NCBI GenBank assembly: GCA_947594845.1 | Contig: CANQEI010000006.1 | Coordinates: 2,320 to 66,319 of the forward strand | Reading direction: 5' to 3' | Source: an uncultured Clostridia bacterium | GTDB lineage: Bacteria; Bacillota; Clostridia; TANB77; CAG-508 | DNA: 64,000 nt | Program-made: the position numbers and the translations under genes | Shown here: in pieces, positions 48,801 to 57,800 of the stretch | Position numbering within the stretch: position 1 is the stretch's first letter | Layout: every line of letters starts with the position of its first letter | The notes under the pieces: generated by a model | What the model was told of the DNA's origin: nothing | The model's input: only the letters and a program-made list of their open reading frames with translations | Database searches by the model: none

Positions 48801-51800
48801 GATGTATCTATTGATACTTCAACAAATCAAGCTGTAGTAAAATTTACAGCTACTAATGAAGCAAATTATGAGACTAAAAAGGTTGTAATTGATGGAAATG
48901 AATATGATGTAGAAAAACAAGAAGATGGAACTTATGTAGTAAGGATAAAGCTTGAAGATGAAAACAACAAAACTCTAAATATTACAGATGTGGTAATAGC
49001 AGAAGATATTAAATTACAATTAGCAGAACCACAAAGCTTTGAGATTTTCAAAACAGTACCATCAGTTTCAAATGTAGAAGCAAATGCTGATGGAAATACT
49101 GTAAATGTTAAATTTAAAATAGAAGATCCAGCAGATATAATGAGAAATGCTAAAGTTGTATTGAAAGATGCAAATGGAAATATAGTTGCAGAATCTCAAG
49201 CTATAACTAAAGATACAACTGAAGTAAGCTTTAAGGATGTAACTAATGCAGGCAAATATACAGTTGAAGTAGTTGCAGACTTTGATAGAGTTGATGGAAA
49301 ATCACATATTCAAGAAAGAATCAATAGTGATAATATTGAAGTTCAAATAAATATTATTGCTAATATAAAAGAAGCTGTAGCATCAAAACAATATGCAAAT
49401 AAAAATGAAGAGATAAATATTACGTATACTATTGCTGACAATACAGATGAAAATATAACTGCTATTGTAGTTAATGATGGTGAAAAAGACATAGAATGTA
49501 CACCAACATTAAATGGAGAAAAATATAATATTACTGTAAAAACACCAGAAACAGCTGGAGGAAAGAGCTACAAAGTTGTTAAGTTAAAATATGGTGAGAA
49601 TGAAGTAAATCCAGTTGAAGAAAGTGAAAAAGCTATTGCTAAAGTATATGTATTAAAGACTGCACCAACTATAAGAGATTATAAGTTGCATTCTAAAGAA
49701 GAACCACCAGTAATAACTTTTGTTATTGATAATCCAGATGGAGCAATAATAAATGGAAATATATTAATAAAATCTGCAGGTGGTCAAACACTAAAAATAC
49801 AACAAATTTCAACATCAAAAGAACCTACAACTGAAAATAAAATTGAAATAAATGAAGATGAATTTAATGCTACAGAAGTATATCAGTTTGTTTTAGAAGG
49901 CATTTATGATTTAGATGATGACTTAACAAATAAACAAAATGAATATGATATATCTACATTATTTGCTGGTGAAAAATTCCAATTAGATATAGAAGCTAAT
50001 GTAGAAAATATTGAATTAGAAAAACGTTACTTACAAAGAGAAGAACAATTCTCAGTAACTTATACAATTACTTCAAATACAGAATTAAAATTAACTAATA
50101 TTAACATAAATGATAAGCAATATGAACCTGTTCAAGTGGGAACAACAAATACATATAAAATAACTTATACAGCTAAAAATGGAAATGGCATTGAAGAATT
50201 AAAAACAAATAAATTATATTTTGGAAATAATGAAATTGAAGTAGCTGATAAAACTGAAAAAATAGAAATTTTAAAACAACTTCCAAAAGTAGTGGCTGAT
50301 AGTTCAAATCTAGAATATAACTATGAAACAAAAGAAATAACATTTAAATTTACAATAGAAGATCAAGAAGATGCACTTGAAAAAGCTTATGTTACACTAG
50401 ATGGACTTAAAGATGAAAATGGAGTAGAAAAGGTAGAAGTAAACAAAGGCGAAAATACAGTAAAATTCAAGGATGCTCAAATAGGAAAATTATATAAATT
50501 AAATGTATTAGCTACTTATGATTTGGATACTGATGGACTAAATGATATTACAAATACAGATGATAATGTATTTACAGAATTAGGTATATATGAAACAAAA
50601 GCTCAACTATTAAAGAATAAACCACAAATAGAAAACTTTAAAGTTGATACTTCAACAGGAAAAGCAGTAGTTTCATATGATATGAAAGATGATGATAATA
50701 GTTTTATAAGTGGAAACATAATAGCTACAAACAAAGATACTAATGAACAAATTATAATACCAGTAGAAAAAGGAAAGAATAGTTATGAATTAGAATTGAA
50801 GGCGTTTGTAGACTATACAATAGAATTAAAAATTGCATATGATTTAGACGATGATAGTACAAACGGTGAAAATCAAGATGAAGAAATATTTGCAGTAGCA
50901 GAAGAAGTTGAAGTTGAAGCTGATTATGAAGCTACAGTAACAGATTTAACTGTAATTAATGTTGATAGAACACAAAATAAAGCTGTTTTACAATTTAAGT
51001 TTACTAATGCTTCAAAATATGGATTATTAAAAATAAAAATTGGTGATAATTTCTATGATGTAATTCAAGTGCCAGATTCTCCAGAAATGTACACTTGTGA
51101 ATATACATTTGATGAAACATTAATTGATAAGAGACAAGAAATTACATTAACACAAGCATCTTTAGTAAATGAAGTAGAAGTAAATTTAAAAGAAAATGTT
51201 TCTACTGTAATATTTAAGAATGCACCAACATTATCAGAACTAAATTTAAATAATGTTGATAATAATAGAATTGATGCAACATTTACAATAACAGATGAAG
51301 AAGCAACATTAACTAAATTATATGCTGTGCTAAAAGATGAAGCTGGTAATGTAATAACAGAAAAAGAATTAACTTATACTGATAGACAAGTAAGCTTTAG
51401 TGGACTAACAGCTAAAAAGTATAAAGTAGAAATATTAGCTGATTATGAACTAGTTGATGGAAGCGAACATACTAGAGTTTCACTAAAAGAAAGTGAAATA
51501 ATTGAATTAAAGATAATTACTGGAATAACAACTAATTCAATATCTGATATATATCCAGATAAAGGTGAAACAATTACATTAAATTATAATATTGTATCTA
51601 ATACTGGAGCTAAGGTTACAAGTGTTTTGTTTGATAAAATAGGAGAATATCCAACTGAGTGGGTAGCAGAAGGTGAATATAAAGTTACTTATATAGTTCC
51701 AAGTACTTCTGGAATAGTACAATTAAAAATTATCAGAGTTAATTTTGATAATGGAGAATATGTAGATTTAGGTGAAAATCCACATTTAGATGAAGTAGAT

Positions 51801-54800
51801 GTATTAAAAATGGCACCTTCAATTACTAATTTCTCTTTAATGGAAAATGTGGACTTAAAAACAGTTACATTTAGTTTTAATGTATCAGATCCAGATAATG
51901 CATTCCTTTCAGGTACTGCAAAAGTAGGAGAAGATACTAGAACTATTACTAAAGATGGAAATACTCTTTCTTTTGTAGTTGAACCAGATGTAGAGCAAAA
52001 ATTATATATTAATGTAGATTATGATTTAGATTCAAATCAGTTATTAAATGAAGATCAAAGCAAAAATAGATATGTATTACCTTTTGAAAAAATATTTACA
52101 TTAGTATCTGATTACCAATTAACTATTGAGAATTTAAAAACTTACAAAAATGATGGAAGTAATGTTCAAACTACTTACTTTAATAAAAAAGAAGAAATAC
52201 AATTAAGATTTAATAGTTCAAATAGAATAAATAATGAACCATTACAAATTAAAGTAAATGACTTAGAAGATGATTCATCAGAAGGTCAGTGGTATGATGT
52301 TAAAACTGTAAATAAGAAAAATGGTGATGTTGATTACTATTATGTAGAAATAAAAGGTGGAGATAAAGCAGGATTAGAAAATATTGAAATATCAGATGTT
52401 AAATTAAATAGTGGAAAAATTATTAATAAATTAGAATTTAAAAATTCAACATCTAATACATATGTAGATATTCTTAAAGACATGCCTCAAGTTCAAAATG
52501 TTTCTGTTTCTAATACTGAATCTAACTTGTCAGTATCATTTACTGTTGTAGATAATGATGATGCTTTATTAGAAAGCTATGTTAGATTAAAAGATAATAA
52601 TACTGGTGCAGAAATATATACACAGAAAATTGAAAAAGGTGAAAATAAATTCAGTATTAATGTTGAACCAGGAAATGCGTATACATTAACAATTGAAAGA
52701 AATTATAACTTAGATAGTTTAATTGATGATGAATATAATAAGCAAGAAGGAATATACGAGACAAGGATTATAGAAATATCTAAGAAAGAAGAACCTAATT
52801 TTATTGCAAGAAATCTTACTGTACCAAAGAGAGTTCCAAATGGAAGTAAAGTACCATTCTCATTTGAAAATGAAGTAATGTCATATTTAGATGTTAGCAG
52901 TGTTAGAATAGATGGAGTAGATTATCCTGTAGAAAAAGATGAGAATAATGTATATAAACTTCAATTAGATCCTGGTCCAGAAGGTGTTAACACAATATAT
53001 GTTGAAAGCGTAAAAATGGGAGACAAAGTCTTCAGAATTAATCGTTATTTATCATATACATATGAATACATTGTTCCTACAGCGATAAATATTAGTGATA
53101 TTTATGAAGATGTAAGTAATAATTTAGCTAAAGTTGATTATGAATTAGTTGATCCACATAATTCAATAAAATCAATAAAAGTTTATATGAGAAATAGTGC
53201 AAATGTTGTGTCTGGATCAAAGGAATTGAGTCGCGATGCAACAACTGCTGATTTACCAATTATTAAAACATATGAATATACTATTGAAGTAATAGCAGAA
53301 TACGATATTGGTGATGGAAAAACATTTGATACAACAACATTATTTACTAGAAAGAAAACTACTGATCCTCGTATTAATATAATCGAATCAAGTGTAGAAA
53401 AGGAATTTGTAAATAAAGGCGAAGATGCTGTATTAAATTATAAAATTAATACTAATATTGATGATGATGTAAGAAAAGTATTTATAGGTGAAGATAGTTA
53501 TAATGTTACAAAACTTAAAGAAGAAGATTCTTATCAAATAACTATTCCAGCACCTGCAAATTCAGGAGTATTTGAACAAAAAGTAACACAAATGCAGATA
53601 GGTAATAATTACTATCCAGTTCAACCAGAAGAAGATCCTCTTGATATTAAAGTATTAAAAGAAAAACCTACTTTAACACATTTTACAGTTGATGAAGAAA
53701 ATGGAACATTATCTTTTAGATTAAATGATAAAGATAAATCTTTAACACAAGATCCATTGCTTACTGTAAAGAATAGTGATAATCAAGTTATTGGAACACA
53801 AAATTTAACTAATAGAGGAAATGAGTATACAGATTATACATTTAATTTAGATGATCAACTTGGTATGAATAAAATCAATACAACATATAATGCAGTTGTA
53901 AATGTTACTTATGAATTAAAACCTGATGGAATTGATGAAGTAAATCTAATGGCTGTAGCTGAAGAAGACAATACTGATGAAGAGGTTACAGAAGGTGAAG
54001 AAAAAGAAATAATAGAAACATCAGGAACAGAAAATATTTTGGATAGAAATGTTGAACTAATTGGAATGACAGATTATAATTTCAAGTTTGAAGATACTTC
54101 AAAGGGATATGGATTTGTAGTATGTATGTCTTCAGACGAAACATTAACTTTTATTAGTACAAATAATTCAAAATACAAAGTAGCTAAAGTTATTATTGAT
54201 GGTGAGGAATATCCTGCTATATTTGGAGAACCAGAAAAAAATAAATATATGGTATATTACAGACCGCATAGCTATGCACAAACAAGTATTACATATGATA
54301 AAGTTATTCTAGAAAATGGAGCGTCTTTTGATGTTAATGAAACTGTACCAATTTATATTAGACGTGTAGATGCAACACTTGAAATAACTTCATTTGAAGA
54401 AAATATAGATACACAAAAAATAAAATTTAATTATAAAACAATAGATAGAGATAAAACAATACATGCTATTGAACCAGATGAGGAATATCCTGGATATTAT
54501 AAAGTAGATGAAGATGCAGAAATTTCAGATCCACTTAGATTTGTATTAAAAGATTCACAAAATAATCTTATTGCAGAGAAAAAAGTAAGTGCTTCTGATA
54601 GCGTAGTTGAATTTGATATTCCAAATCCTCCTACAGCAAGATATCACCTTTTAGTATATGCTGATATTTATTTAGCTGAGGGACTATATTGGAGAGATAA
54701 AGTATTAAATGGACAGATTACTGGCGATGCACTTGAAGGAAACGGCGATTATTATGATTCACAAGTTAATACATCAATTTTAAGTAGTAAATTGGAAACA

Positions 54801-57800
54801 CGTTATCCTAAAAAAGGAGAAACAATTACAATTGATTATGTTATAAGCAGCACAAAAGTAGTTCTTGTAGATAAAGATGATCATGAAAACTTACCAAAAG
54901 CTGTTAATATAACTTCATTAGTAATTAACGGAAAAGAGTATACTGTTGAACACCAAGGTGGAGAAACATATAGAATTTATTATACAGTTAAAAATGAACA
55001 CGGAATTGAGGATATTAATATTTCTCAAATTAACTTTAGTAATGATACACAAGAAGTATTTAATAGAACAGATAAGGTAGAAGTACTAAAGCAAGAACCA
55101 ATTATAAGCAATTACAAGACTGAAAATGATTTAGCAAGAAATAAGGTTAAATTTACATTTGATGTTTCTGATCCTGATGGAACTCTAAATTCAAATTCAA
55201 TTTATGCGGAAGTAGATGGAAAGAGACATGATGTTGTTATAGGAAATAATACAATTGAAATTGATGCACAAAAAGATAAATTAACGAATTTTGAAATTAA
55301 GGCATCATATGATTTAGATTCAGATTTTGATGAATTTAACAACCTTTATGGAGATGAAAACGTATATACAGATTATACAATTTTCGAAAAACCATTTATA
55401 TTAACAGGTTCTTACAATATTAAGTTTAATAATATCAAAACATTTAATACACAAAATGTTGAAACAAAATATTTTGAAAAGAATGAAGATATTAAAGTAG
55501 AATTTGATTTCGAAGCAATAGAAGGACTATATCCAGAAGGAATAGTAATAGATAATCAAAATTATAATATTGAAAAGAAACCAGAAACAGAAAATACATA
55601 TTGTTTGACTATAAAGGGATATGAAAAAGCCGGCGTAGTTAATGGAAAAATTAATTCTGTTATACTTAATAGTGGAAATGTGGTTGAATTAACAGAATCA
55701 ACGATTCCAGTTGAAGTTCTAAAAGACGTAGTAAAAATCGATAGCTTTAAATATTCTGTAAATGAAAATAATGCAGATCAAATAGACTTAGAAATAGTGG
55801 CTAGTGATGCAGATAAAGCAAATGAAGAAATGAAAGTTGAAGTTAAAGATGAGTATGGCAAAAAGATAAATCTAGATGATAATAACTTAAATACTGGAAA
55901 TAATAAACGTCACTTTAATAAAACAAGTGCAGGAAAATACTTCGTTTCAATATATTCAACTTACGATAGAGATGAAAATAGCAAAGATAATAATAATCAT
56001 TATGATAATAATAGAGTTTATTATGAAGTTGTTACTATAAATACACGTTATATTGAAATGAAAGATGTAGTTGATGTTCAGCTATATAGATTCAGTGATA
56101 AAGGTAATGTAGAAAGAGTTAATAGCTTAAAAGTTGAAGATCTTGAAGTTCTAACTAACTGCTTAGCTAAAGTAACGATGAAAGATTTGCCAACATTTTA
56201 TAGTGAAATAAAGGACTATGAGCAAAAAGATGGTAAATTAAAATTAATTTTAGCTTATAGTGATGCAATGATTTATACAGATGAAGGATTAAAACCATTA
56301 GAAGTAACATTAGATATTTTAGAAGATTCAAGTTATGCATATAGTGGCTCATTTACATCATTGCTAGAGAAAATGAGAGAAGATCCAAAAGGAACATATA
56401 ATTTGGATAAAGATTATGATTTAGGTGATTTTGCAACAAATGTTGATGATTCAGCAAATGCAATTATAGACTTTGAATTTAATGGTACTTTGAATGGTAA
56501 TGGACATACAATTAAAAATCTACATAAACCATTATTCAGTACATTAAGAGATGCTACAGTAGAAAATATTGTATTTAAAGGAGTAGAATTTACTAGACCA
56601 TCTGGAAAAGCAGTTGTTACAAAGAGTGGATATAATAGCAAAATTAAAAATATTCATATTGATGGTGTTACTTTAAGTGTTGATAATAATTACAGAGACA
56701 ATAATGCTACATTTGCAGTTGATTTACATCAAAACTCTGTTGTTGAAAACTGTACAGCAATTAATATTAACTTCTACACGAATTATCTAACTCAGATTAC
56801 TTCTGGAGGAGTAGTAGATTTATATGAATCTACAATAAAGAATTGTTATGTACAAGGAAAGATAACATCAGGAAGACATTTCAATGCAGGATTAGTTGCA
56901 AGAGCAAATAATAAATCAGAAATCTCTAATAATATAGTAAATGTGGCACTTACACCATACTTTGGACTATATGAAGAAAGTGGAAATGGAGGTATTGTTT
57001 CACAATCAAATGGAGTAGTTCTAAAGAATAATTTAAGCTTAGTAAATTGTGGCGGAAAGATATCAACAATTTATAATCCTAGAAATAATATTTCTGATAA
57101 TTCTGAAAATAATTATCATTTAACAGAAACAACTTCTTTCAAGAATGAAGGAAATGGTATTAATGAAGTATCTATTAACGACATAAATGAAGAATTCTTT
57201 AGGGATAAATTGAAGTTAGATACAAATATATGGAATATTGAAAATTCATCATATGAAGTATTACCAGTTCAAAAAGGTGTTACACAATCATTTAATGATG
57301 GAGGATTCCAACCAGAAAATACATCAGTATATATTCCAGACTACAACAGAATATCTCACTTAGATAATTACAATAAAAATAAAGAAGTAATATATCATAA
57401 TATGTATAAATTGATGCCTTTCTATGATGCAAAAGAAATATTGACAGATGGAAACAAAATAGGAGAAGATAGTATTTTAAATAAAAAGACTATTAAATAC
57501 GTATTACCTTATGATAAAAACGAAAAAATGGTTTCTGTATTAACAACAGATAATTATAAGAGTCTATCAAAAATTAGTGTAGTATTTGATGATGGAACAG
57601 AAATTGAATACAATATAGACTTTGATGATTATTATGGAGATGTTGCTTCATATATAGTATCTGATTTAAATATTGGATATAACTACAATAAATTTGTAAT
57701 AGATAAAGATGCTAATATTATATCTGAACTTATAGATATAGCTTCTGATTATAAATTTACTAATGATTTAGATCCAATTACACAAAATGAGGAAAGCAGA

